Positions 1 to 11,166 of a stretch of DNA of 64,000 nt are shown in pieces. The notes below the pieces were generated by a model that saw only the letters and a program-made list of their open reading frames with translations, did no database searches and had not been told where the DNA came from. Source of the DNA: Neoconidiobolus thromboides FSU 785 (Eukaryota; Fungi; Entomophthoromycota); contig MU626265.1 of the NCBI GenBank assembly GCA_025603075.1, positions 157,516 to 221,515 of the forward strand. Direction: 5' to 3'. Both the position numbers and the translations under genes were made by a program. Within the stretch, counting starts at the first letter, position 1. Every line of letters starts with the position of its first letter.

Positions 1-860
1 AATACAATAGCCATCTTTTTATTATTGCTCCTGATGGCTATCGTAAAAGCAGTGACTTTGAAGCTGGCATGCTTGTAGCTGATCTCCAACAAATTAAGGA
101 ACTAAATATAGACCATGTAAATATGCTATTGTCTATATAGCTGATGCATATCCCGCGAAATTGGGAGTATGGTCACGGTTTCATTTGGATTTGGCCTTAT
201 GAATAGTGTGATCATATCCCCTTTTTTGTGTTAGGGCTATTGATGTATGTATTGATTTATAGTAAAATTTTAAAGGATCAAACTGTTTTCAATTATTATT
301 ATTCTATTTGGGGATGTATTTTTCTGTTTAAGAATTTTACTAATAATTTTTCTACTCAAATAGTGCTTAAAAATAGAAAAAGTGATGAAGCCAAAAAAAC
401 ATCCCCATTTGTTAATAGTTTTAAATATGTTTTATTAATGTATATTTTAATCAACTTAGGTTTATTTATTAAAACAATATTGAATAGTAGAATAATAGAT
501 GATTAACGTATAGCGGTAATTGTAATATCTTTGAAGTTTTGCTACCAATTTAAAGATTAATAATAGGTATCAATTGTCAACCTTTTAGATGGTTCAATTA
601 AACAACAAATAGGAATTGAGACAAATTGACATAAAGCATTATTTTTTAATTCGCCTTACAATACTATTACCAGCTTCATCGTCGTCAAATACATCTTGAG
701 ATGCAGTAATCTCGAAATTTAAAGTTTTTTCTTTTTATAAATATAACAAAAGTACAAACAGTTAAATTGAATCTGTAGCGAATATTAGCTGTAAGGTTTT
801 CCTTACCAATGTTGACATATGAGTAGCTAAAAAGTTAAGTGAAACGCTTTAAACATTGTT
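1..860. repeat. Degenerate dispersed duplication, copy A (inverted relative to 48250-48995), interrupted by MITE copy 1; probable pseudogene or TE relic
   Basis: The reverse complement aligns by eye with 48250-48995, e.g. caagatgtatttgacgacgatgaagc vs caagatgtatttgatggtaatgaaga, and ttgttggagatcagctacaagcatgccagcttcaaa vs ctgttggagatcagctacaagcataccagcttcaaa. It has indels and stops in all frames. Boundaries are approximate. Confidence 0.75.
310..406 (+). mobile_element. ~97-bp MITE copy 1 (defines + orientation)
   Basis: ATTT|GGGGATG...CATCCCC|ATTT; internal AAGAATTTTAC and CAAATAGTGCTTAAAAA blocks. Confidence 0.9.
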
Positions 861-1913
861 ATTTGAAATGGAATATCAGATCATTAGCGATAATAATTTT
901 TCTAATAAAACAAAGTGATTGTCAATAGGCTTTTACAGATATCTATGTTTTTAACAATAATCAAATTATTTTATTTTGACAAGGATTGCTACTTAATTTT
1001 AGTTGAAGTAGTAGTTCATAATTGATATTTAACTTAGAGGAATAAGTAAAATTTATAGAGTAAAAAAATAAGAATACAAAAGAGATGTTATATTAAGAAA
1101 ATATAACAATAAAAATAGTAAACTAAGCCTTTGAAATTTTATTTCGTTTAATCATCTACATTTTGTAATAGCAGAGGGGCAGCTTTGGTTTTGTGAATCA
1201 TCTAAATTTAGTTTCGTTATTTATTTGTAACTTTTCATATCCTTTTCAACTGGTTCTTTTGTAAATCAATCATTGTGCCTGATCAATAAAATAAATCACC
1301 ATATTTGTTTATTAGCTAATATAAACTTTACTTATTCACATCACCAGATGATAAATTGTAGCTATATTTTTACTTTCTAGCTGAATAAAATTAGTATAAT
1401 GATAGCTGTTGTTGCTTTGTCTAGATTTTATTAACTCAATATAATAATCCATTACCATCAAAAATATACAATTTCTTTGTTGTAGTTTTGAAGCATCGAA
1501 AATACTGGCTGTTACCCAGCTATTTAATCAAATAAGCAGGAGATCTCACTTGCTTTCACAATGGCATGGATAAAATCCTTGATTTTTAACTTAACATTAA
1601 TAAAACAATTAGTAGCATGTAATCATAAATAATTAACAACAATAAATTCATTTAAGTGACTTTTTATATTTTATATAACTATTGTGGTATAATATTTTAT
1701 TTGTGTTAATTTTTATTAATTCCAAACTCATCCTGTTTTAAAAACTATAAAAAAGCTCAACTCTTTATATTGTTAAATATTAGACGTACATTTAAATTTA
1801 ACAAACTTCAAAGAGATAAAATAAAGTGAAATAAAAAATGAATTCTGAAATCCTAAAAGTAGATTAAAATATTTAAATTTACTCATCATAGTCTTTATTT
1901 AGCTACTCTATAA

Positions 1914-2684
1914 TCACTCTTGACTAGGTTTTACTTCTATCTCAGTAACTGCTTCTTCAAGAGTTTCTGTATTGGCAGAGTTTTCAGTACCCTCATTGCT
2001 TTTATCGTCAACTTCATTTAAGCCCTCCTTTTTAATAGCAACATTTCCGCTGTTATCCAATTCTACTTTAGGCTTTGAATCTATATTATCTAAAATCTCA
2101 ACTTTAGTTTGCTTATCGTCTTTATTATTGATCATTTGCATAGTGTTTGAAGTTATCTCAGCTTGATTTTCCCTATTAAAAATATGGTGAGCAGCCTCAT
2201 TTACTTTGGAGATAGATACGCCAAGTCTCTTTTTGATTCTATTGATAAATCCAGTTACAATATTATTAGATAAATCGTAAATCTCATTAGTTAAATCTAA
2301 AATAACTTGTTCGTTTTCAACTAGAAATGGATGAAATACATTGTCATAAATATTTAAGTGACCATTTAACTTTGGGTAAGTGATGTAAAATAGTGAAATG
2401 TATTTTATCTCATAGTAGTAAAATATCCTAAAGATTAATATCAATAATAAACATAAAATAATAAGGTCGTATTACCAACTGAAAAAAATATCAATGAATT
2501 GTTCAAGCGTTAGATAGGCGATTAAACAAAACCAAAATTTTGAGATTGATGCTAACTCTTTCTCATTTTTAATAGCTTTATAAGTTTTAAAACTTGGGAT
2601 TAAAAAACAGTATATGATTCTATTAAATAATGAGTTGATTTTTATATTGAAATGACAATTTTACTTATAAATATCTACAATCAT
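1914..2684 (-). CDS. TB2/DP1/HVA22 (REEP/Yop1-like) ER-shaping protein with acidic C-terminal tail; 3 exons
   Basis: Spliced: MIVDIYKIIYCFLIPSFKTYKAIKNEKELASISKFWFCLIAYLTLEQFIDIFFSWIFYYYEIKYISLFYITYPKLNGHLNIYDNVFHPFL, matching the family pattern; two GT-AG introns. Confidence 0.8.
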
Positions 2685-3170
2685 TATTTTGACTAAAGAA
2701 AAGAAATTTATTTATAAAACTATTCTTTGATTTAAATAGTTCAATCTTATCTACAAATAAGAATTTACTCAAGATTAATTTATAATATTGATGTAAATTT
2801 ATTATTTTGATTAAAGCTATTTAGTAAAAACAAAGATAAAAGCTTATAAGTTTAAAATTTTATCTATATTTTAGTAAATAATGAATTAAATTGACTCGCA
2901 ATTAAATTATTATCACTAAAAGAAATTAGAGCTATATGAGGCTAGCAAATACCTAAGAAGTATCAACAACTAATATCAACTTTATATTAAGATAAAATTT
3001 AATCATTATTTTTATATTATCTTAGTTGATTACTAATATTTCTATATCGTGTTATACTCATCTTTTATTCAAATTGTTCAATAATAATTGAACTATTATT
3101 TTTCTAGTGAATTTGAAACAAATTTAAGCCATAGCAAAATTTTTTTAGAAAACTACTTTTTATTCTAACA

Positions 3171-4333
3171 ATGCCATTTGGACAAGTAAAACATAAAGAA
3201 TAAGGATAAAGCAAGGATTAAAATAAGTAAGGTAGTAATAGGACCACCAGGATCAGGCAAAACAAGTTATTGTTATGGAGCAGAACAATTTTTCTCGGGT
3301 TTAAAAAGGTAGTTACTACTTATTATCAGTTTCATTTAAACTTTATTCTTAGAAAAACGATTATTATCAATTTAGATCCAGCTAATGAAAATATTCCTTA
3401 TACACCCGCCATTGATATTAATGACTTAATTACAGTACAAGATGTTATGGATGAATTTCAATTGGGACCTAATGGGGGTATGGTTTATTGTATGGAGTAT
3501 TTGGAGAAAAATATAGACTGGTTAATAAATAAACTTACGAAATTTGAAGGTAAATAAACAAATGGAAATTTAAACAATGTTAACTTTATTTAGATTCTTA
3601 TTTTATATTTGATTTTCCTGGACAAGTTGAACTGTATACTCATAATTATTCGGTAAAGAACATATTAGATAAATTACAAAAACTGGACTTTAGAGTAATT
3701 TAAAACGTCAATATTTTAAGATCCTATTTACAATTTTTAGTTGACTGCTGTACATCTAGTAGATGCCCATTACTGTACTGATCCAGTGAAGTATATATCA
3801 GTTTTACTAGTATCACTGAAGACAATGTTGCTGTTAGAGTTGCCTCATGTCAATGTACTTTCAAAGTTAGATCTAATTCAAAGTTACGGAAAATTAGGTA
3901 ATATCAATCAAAGCCAAATATCAAATTAAAACAATTTAAAAATAATAGCCTTTAGGTTAGAATTTTATACAGAAGTTATGGATTTAAGCTATCTTTTAGA
4001 ACAGCTTAACGAAGAGCAGATGGGAACGAAATACCACAAGCTAACAGAAGCGCTTTCCTCTTTAGTTGAAGAGTTCGGGCTAGTCCATTTCCACCCCTTA
4101 ATGGTCGAAGTTGGTTTTTTTCACTATATATTATATTATTAACTCATTTATTTAAGGATAAAAAATCCATGATTTCATTGATGAAAGCCATCGATAAAGC
4201 GAACGGCTATGTTTTTGGAGGCTTGGATGAGGACAACACTTCTTTGTTATTATCGAATATTAAGGTGCTTGATAACACTGAGTTAATAAGCGATATGGAA
4301 CAGATTTATATAAAAGAAAGAGAAGAGTTATAA
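3171..4333 (+). CDS. GPN2: GPN-loop GTPase 2, multi-exon
   Basis: MPFGQ|[15 protein letters not shown]-loop, [47 protein letters not shown]. Confidence 0.92.
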
Positions 4334-4447
4334 ATAACTTTTGCAAAATAAATTAATAAACGAGACGCTACACAAACTATGACTATTAATTTACAATAAT
4401 CACATAATTAAGATCATTTATTTATATAAGGCGATATAAGAATTAAC

Positions 4448-5380
4448 TCAAAGCAAGCTAGTTTTTCTTTTACTTAAAATAGAAAATGAAAATCTACGAA
4501 TTCTTAATGGGGTTGTAGGAGGCACTAGAAAATCCCAGGACTTTTTAGACCTTAACATAAAGGCATCTTCATCCATTTCTTTCCCTTTAGAAGCAGTATC
4601 TATTAATATATTAATTAAGGCAAGGTCTTTATGTAACTCATCGTCTATATCTTTAAATTGATTTAGAGTATTAACAAGCTTTGAATGATACTCTTCCAAC
4701 TGTGTGTACCTTAAACTTTCCTGAAAAAAATTAGAGCATATATAAGTATATATGCATATAACTACCTTATCTACTTCTTGGAATTGAAGCTTAATTAGAG
4801 TTCTTATGACATAAATGACTCTAAAATTAATCAGTATATAAATGGATATTCTTATATGTGCACTAGAGTCAAATAAATAGATGATATCGAATAGCAGGCA
4901 TATAGAAATAAGGAAAATATCTAAAACATTGAATAAAGAACTAAAGTAACTCTTAAAGCCAAGGTAATAACCTCGCAATATGGCTTCACATAGAAATAAG
5001 ATAAAAATAACAATATTCGTGTATAAGGAAGCTTTTAATAATGAAACATTAAACGGGTTGTTTGGTACTTAAAAAAAGTATTAGCTTTATAAAATATAAT
5101 GAAAATAAAGAACAGTACCTATAAATAAATCGGATATGGATAAAAATAAGTTCATAAAAGCTAAAATAGTGACTGTATACAAAAAAGATTTTTCAAAAAT
5201 TATAGTCGCAACTTTCCTTTTAAAATATATAGAATAAGGTTCATTATCAGCTCTGTTATAGGTTTCTTCATTAGTTATATTGTACTCTGCATCTAAAGCT
5301 TGTAGTTCTTGAACTACGCTCCGAAGGATCATAGCTTTTTCTACCACTAAGCCTTCATGTTCAAAATATTTTTCATCCAT
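4448..5380 (-). CDS. Stand-alone voltage-sensor-domain (S1-S4) membrane protein, Hv1/Ion_trans-like, no pore domain; 3 exons (5380-5119, 5067-4766, 4720-4448), 278 aa
   Basis: Four TM helices with VSD charges: S1 FLYTVTILAFMNLFLSISDLF, S2 FILFLCEAILR, S3 FNVLDIFLISICLLFDII, S4 ILINFRVIYVIR; the introns keep the frame. Confidence 0.7.
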
Positions 5381-6815
5381 CCTTTTAAAAAGTAAACTTT
5401 TGTTAAATTTATTTTTTAAATACTATTCACTAATTTTAGTTGATCGTATATCTCCATTTATTTACGTTAAATTTTTGTCTAAAATTTAAATGAAGTTGAA
5501 TTTGATAATCAAAATTTAATTTAACTTAAATTAAGTTTTCAACCATTCTAGATTTCTAATAAATAAAATAGTAAAAAGAAATTACTGTTAAATGTTGCGC
5601 TAACAACCATTATTTTTACAAATAATTTTATTCCTTTTTATTCTTATTTATAAAGTAGACACTCATTTTTTGAGTTATGTTAAATAAGTATGACATTCTA
5701 ATGATTAAAATTAAAATATTTAAAGAATACAGTTAAGAATTATAAAATTTGGTTAATTTTGTCTTAAAGATGTTATTGATTTTGATATTTGTTTTAAACA
5801 GGATAGATGCATCAAGGCCTTTTATAACTAAACAAATTAGGCCTTTTAATTATATTGTATAAAAACATCTAAATAATACAAGCAAAATGCTTGTAATTTT
5901 ATATGCTAATATTGTAAACAGTTACATTAAAAACTTCATTTAAAATAATTTGTTTTTAAAGCAGATGATTTTTTTATTAGATTGTTAATAAACCACTGTT
6001 ATTAATAATCGAATAGTTAAAAAAGTATAGTTGCATCTCTTTATAATATCTTATAATAACCTCAATAATTACAATAATAAGTCACAAATCCAATTTAAAA
6101 TCGGAACAGTATTGAGAAAAGTTTAAAACTTGTTTTTACTGGTAGGATAATATTAAGCCAATCAAAAGTGTGAACACAGGAAAGTGATGCAATAAATAGA
6201 TAATTCATACTTTTGATTAGCTATTAATATTAAATATGATCTAATAATATCCATTTATAATTATTTAAGCCCAAAAAGAAGCAAAGTATTTTTCGATAAT
6301 AAATTACCGAGCCAGTAAAATCGTTCTATCTATCTCATTAATTGCTTAAACAGCTCCACTCAAATATGTGCTTAAAGCCAATAAAGAATCACTATAGCAT
6401 CTTCTTCACAAACGATTGGTTTAAATTTTTATTTTGATCTTGAGGGGGAAACTATGGGCTTAAAAAAACAAACCAACTAAACAGCCAAGTTAACGGGTAA
6501 ATCAAATTAATACCAATTGTTCATAACCCACTTTAAATATTAATTTCTTTTTAACTAAGAATTTGAGGATTGTGGCTTTGAATTGAATTTCTATAACTCT
6601 ATCTCAACTTCCTTTAAAACTATAAACTAGTGTCTATCCAAAGTACATTAAGCTTCCTATATTTAATAAGACTATACTCTCTGTAGGTATTCTCTTTTAT
6701 TTTCTCTGTTCTTATTCTTAATTTAGAGTATTTTTCCTTTAACATCAACTTATTAAATCCCAAACTCATTATCTCACTCATAGAAATATCATTAATATTT
6801 ACATAATTCATAAAA

Positions 6816-7548
6816 ATGCAGACAATTAAATGTGTAGTAGTAGGTGATGGTGCCGTCGGAAAGGTATTTTAATTATTTAAAATTATGTCAGCTTGAATTA
6901 ATTTAATTTAATTTAATTTAGACTTGTCTTCTTATTTCATACACTACTAACAAATTCCCCTCGGAGTATGTTCCAACCGTAAGTGACTCTAGATATTTAT
7001 AAATTTATGTTCAAGCTTTATTAGGTATTTGACAATTATGCCGTTACTGTTATGATAGGTGAAGAACCTTATACTCTTGGTCTTTTTGATACAGCAGGTA
7101 AATAACTATCACATTAGTAAAATCTCATTTATTTATTATTTTAGGTCAGGAGGATTACGATCGTTTAAGACCTCTTTCATACCCTCAAACTGACGTATTT
7201 TTGGTTTGCTTTTCAGTAACATCCCCAGCTTCATTTGAAAACGTTAAAGAGAAATGGTTCCCAGAAGTACACCATCATTGTCCAGGAGTTCCATGTTTAA
7301 TTGTTGGTACTCAAATGGATCTTCGTGATGATCCAGCAGTTATTGAAAAGCTTGCACGTCAACGCCAAAAGCCAATTTCCACAGATCAAGGTGAACGTTT
7401 AGCTCGTGAGCTCAAAGCAGTAAAATATGTAGAATGTTCAGCACTTACTCAATCTGGACTTAAGAATGTATTTGATGAAGCTATCGTAGCAGCTTTAGAA
7501 CCACCAGTTACTCGAGGAAGTAAAAAAGGAGGCTGTACTCTTTTATAA
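6816..7548 (+). CDS. CDC42: Rho-family GTPase Cdc42; 4 exons
   Basis: [16 protein letters not shown]|[19 protein letters not shown]|VFDNY...[19 protein letters not shown]; CAAX end CTLL. Confidence 0.98.
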
Positions 7549-8375
7549 TTTGAGAGAATTAAACCATGGGAATTAGCATTCCATAAAGAACCCTATTCGA
7601 TTTAACATCCATGAAAGCGCGTAAATTTTAATCCATTTTCCCCTTTTCTTTTATTCATAATAACATTGTTTAAACTACTCATAAAATAGTTTCGGTAATT
7701 TTTTTATTTGGCTATCTTTAAGATTGAATTTAATTAGTATTATTATCATAGAATCTTTATATTCAACTGAAGTCTTTTTTGTTAGATTAAATATGAATAT
7801 ATATTACATCTAGCTTATACTATTTATAATTGAATTTAATCTTTCTTATAAGACAATAGAATAATCGTTAGGACTACTTCAATCTTTATTCACATTAAAA
7901 TATTAAGCCTTTTATCAACTGGTAAGCTTCAAGCTATATGCTAAATAACCAACACCTCAAATATCTTGTAAGTAGGACTGTTATACTACAATATTGTGTA
8001 TAGCTATATAAACTATATTATTGTACATTTTATGTATATAACTTAGCTTTAATAGATTTAAAAACAATCATAAGATAGCAATATACTTAATATATTTATC
8101 ATTTACTCTATTTTTGAAGTTAATAATAACTATTACTTGTCAAGATCATTTTCTAATATAAACTTAGGTTAATTCTTTTGTTTGTTATTTGAAATAATTA
8201 TATATGCTAGATTGCTAAATAAGTCACAATGAGCATAAAAAATAAGTGAATTATAAAATTTAGCCAATTAAATAGCATAATTCACTCACATAATAATAGT
8301 ATAAATAAATTAGTTTATAAATTTAAGGAGTAATAGGTATAAATAACAATCTTAATTAATTTTGTGACTTTTAAG

Positions 8376-9466
8376 ATGTCAACTACAAATAGCAACAAAT
8401 TTTTAAAAATCGATATTCATACTCATATACTACCAAAACAATTACCAGACTTATCTCGTAAATATGGTTATGGTTCTTGGGTTTCTTTGGATCACTTTGA
8501 ACCTGTAAGTAGTTTACAGCTATTAAATAATAATATATTAATCTGATTTAGGGTAAAGCAAACATGATGAAGGATGGAAAAAACTTCAGAACCATCGAAT
8601 GTAACTGCTGGTCTTCATCTCAACGTATAAAAGAGTGCAATGATACTGGAGTAGATGTTCAGGTCATTTCTACTGTCCCAGTTATGTTCAACTACTGGGC
8701 AAAACCTCAACACACTTTAGATCTTGCTAAATATTTAAATGATCATGTAGCTCAAACAGTAGCTGAGGATCCTTCTAGATTTATTGGCTTAGGCACTTTA
8801 CCTATGCAAGCTCCGGATCTTGCCATTCAAGAGATGAAACGTTGTGTTAATGAGCTAGGATTACCTGGGGTACAGATAGGCTCTCATATCAATGAATGGA
8901 ATTTAGATGCACCAGAACTGGATCTCTTTTTTAAAGCAGCAGAAGAGCTTGGGTGTGTTATTTTTGTTCATCCTTGGGATATGGAAACAAAGGGGCGAAT
9001 GGAAAAATATTGGTTTCCCTGGCTTATTGGTATGCCTTGTGAAACCACTATTGCCGTTTGCTCCTTAATCTTTGGAGGTGTTTTTGATCGCTATCCTAAA
9101 CTTAAGGTTTGTTTTGCCCATGGAGGCGGATCGTTTTTGGCTACCTTAGGTAGAATCGATCATGGCTTCAATGTAAGACCAGATTTGTGTGCCACACACA
9201 TTAAGAAACCACCTTCTAGCTATTTAAAACAAATCTTTGTTGATTCTTTAGTTCATGATTTAGATGCCTTAAAGTTTATGGTTGGTAAAGTAGGTGTAGA
9301 TAATATTTTATTAGGTTCTGATTATCCATTTCCGCTCGGTGAACATCATCCTGGTAAACTCATTGAGGATGCTTCTGAATTTAGCGATGAGGATAAAGAA
9401 AAAATGTTATCTGGGAATGCATTGAAACTTTTCAACTTAAAACCTGAGAACTATTTGCGCAACTAA
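8376..9466 (+). CDS. ACMSD: 2-amino-3-carboxymuconate-6-semialdehyde decarboxylase (amidohydrolase 2); intron 8505-8551
   Basis: KIDIHTHILP, VQVISTVPVMFNYW, FVHPWDM, WLIGMPCETT, AHGGGSF, LGSDYPFPLGE. Confidence 0.93.
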
Positions 9467-9684
9467 TTTGATGTATATTATGGCTATGGATTCATTTACT
9501 TCTACTATTATTATTAAATGATATTGTTTTTATCACTATATTTTATTTTATTGTATCTATTTGTTATGAGCCATCTTTTATTCTTTTTATAGAGTCTAAA
9601 ATGGTGTAATATTTATCCCTGATTTTTAATAATTTACAATCGTGGTACTTGATTAAAACTATCTTTAATTTCTTAAAGTATAAA

Positions 9685-10180
9685 ATGGATTACACGAACT
9701 TAGAGTTAAGATTAAACACGCTAATAAACCAACAAGTAGAAAAAATCCAGACCGAAATAAAGTCTAACAATGACTTACCAAATCACCTTATACCAAGTTC
9801 TCGATTATATGTTAATAAAGAAGAAGGTTTATTATTAATAGAAATAAAGACCAAAAAAGTAATTTCAAAATTTTATTTAATAAATTAAAAACTAAAAGAG
9901 TACTTAGGGGATTAAGCTAGACATAACAACTTTGAAATACTATCAACCATTTATAAAAATAGCTGGGAACTGTCTTTCAAAGGTGAGTGAGATTGAGCTT
10001 GGGCTACCTGATTTAGACCAACATTCTTTGGTCCCGAAGTTTTATCAACAGGAAAATAGACAATTTGAATTAACTATTACTTTACCTCATCATTTTGGTG
10101 AATTACCAACGGATATTCATTATATTCATGCTAAGTTTGTTGTTCCTAATCTCCTTAAGATCTATATTCCTATTGTTTAA
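9685..10180 (+). CDS. Divergent HSP20/alpha-crystallin-domain-like protein; one intron (~9859-9908)
   Basis: Spliced LLLIEIKTKK|GIKLDITTLK...FIKIAG...RQFELTITLP...IHAKFVVPNLLKIYIP follows the ACD strand pattern; the canonical GVL motif is absent. Confidence 0.5.
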
Positions 10181-10392
10181 GTTTTTACTTATGAAATAGT
10201 CAAGAATTCTTAAATATCGCTTTCAGATAATATATTATAATCTTATTCAAATATAGTTATCTAAACTAAAACAAGTAATGTTTAATTTTATACATTATAA
10301 CTATCAATTATAAAACAACAGATAATTAATAAATAGTAATCATCAGACCCTTTAATGAGCATAATAAAAAACTTTAATAACCTTCTATTTAA

Positions 10393-10815
10393 TCAAGCGT
10401 TATAATACATCGCTATTGTGTAACTCCTATGATTCTTAATAAAGACTTTACTATAATTTTAATTAAAATTGGGTTTACTTTTTAGACGAAAAATAAACTA
10501 CCTGTTTTTCAACTGTAAACAAATACTCGGGTTCTCATTTTCTTTATTGTGAAACTCTCCAATTTCTTTGACTCTACGACCAATACTCGCTAAATATCCT
10601 GAAGCGGATGAACTGGCTGTTCCTCTTGCTAAAAATTAATTTCGAGATTTATATAAATATATTATAATTAACTACCTAATAAGCAAAGCCCATTGTCATC
10701 TGTAATTAAAATGCCATTGACAGATTCATCTGCTAAACTAAATTTTAAAATTTGCAGAATGTTATTAAAGGTGAAGTTACCATTCTTCTATCATTTTATC
10801 AATTTCACTATCCAT
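10393..10815 (-). CDS. LAMTOR5: Ragulator subunit LAMTOR5/HBXIP-like roadblock protein; 4 small exons, missed by the ORF track
   Basis: Spliced MDSEIDKMIEEC|LADESVNGILITDDNGLCLL|ARGTASSSASGYLASIGRRVKEIGEFHNKENENPSICLQLKNS|KVFIKNHRSYTIAMYYNA parallels the LAMTOR5 pattern (GVLCTDSQGLNLGCRG...PVVCLE...IMIQKH..ITVAVH). Confidence 0.8.
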
Positions 10816-11166
10816 TTTGTTAAGAATGAGGACGTATTTTTTAAAATTAGGTTTTAGTCAAAAAGCCTGTTCTTTTTGATTTAGATCATTTATCAAAAAT
10901 GTTTTTGATAAATAATGCTAATTCATCTAAAGTTGAAGCTATATTTTTAATTCAATAAATGGATTTATTCATTATTATATATATTTAATTTTTTACTATT
11001 ATTATAAACTATAGTAATTAAAAATTTAGCTAATAACTCATTATTGAGTTATGGGATCACTGCCAAATGAGTCTTATTTAGAAAAATTAAAGTCTGGTTT
11101 TCTAAAAGTAAGCTATTTTTTAGCCTATTTTAATGTTCAAATAAATTCAAACCAACAATTAATGCT

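Noticed and set aside
1-206. Plus-strand reading FFIIAPDGYRKSSDFEAGMLVADLQQ...AYPAKLG, suggestive of a CRAL-TRIO or hydrolase C-terminus
   Set aside because: It needs a frameshift or an implausible 24-nt intron, and the paralogous copy does not keep the frame.
228-506. 92-aa ORF, and the similar ORFs at 49172-49357 and 59565-59768
   Set aside because: They read through MITE copies and share only MITE-derived peptide (e.g. FxFKNFT...QIVLKN); they are not genes.
6620-6811. 63-aa minus-strand ORF upstream of CDC42; similar small ORFs at 29817-30062, 46571-46759 and 52805-53008
   Set aside because: They have low-complexity AT-rich composition, lie in promoters or antisense to real exons, and show no motifs.
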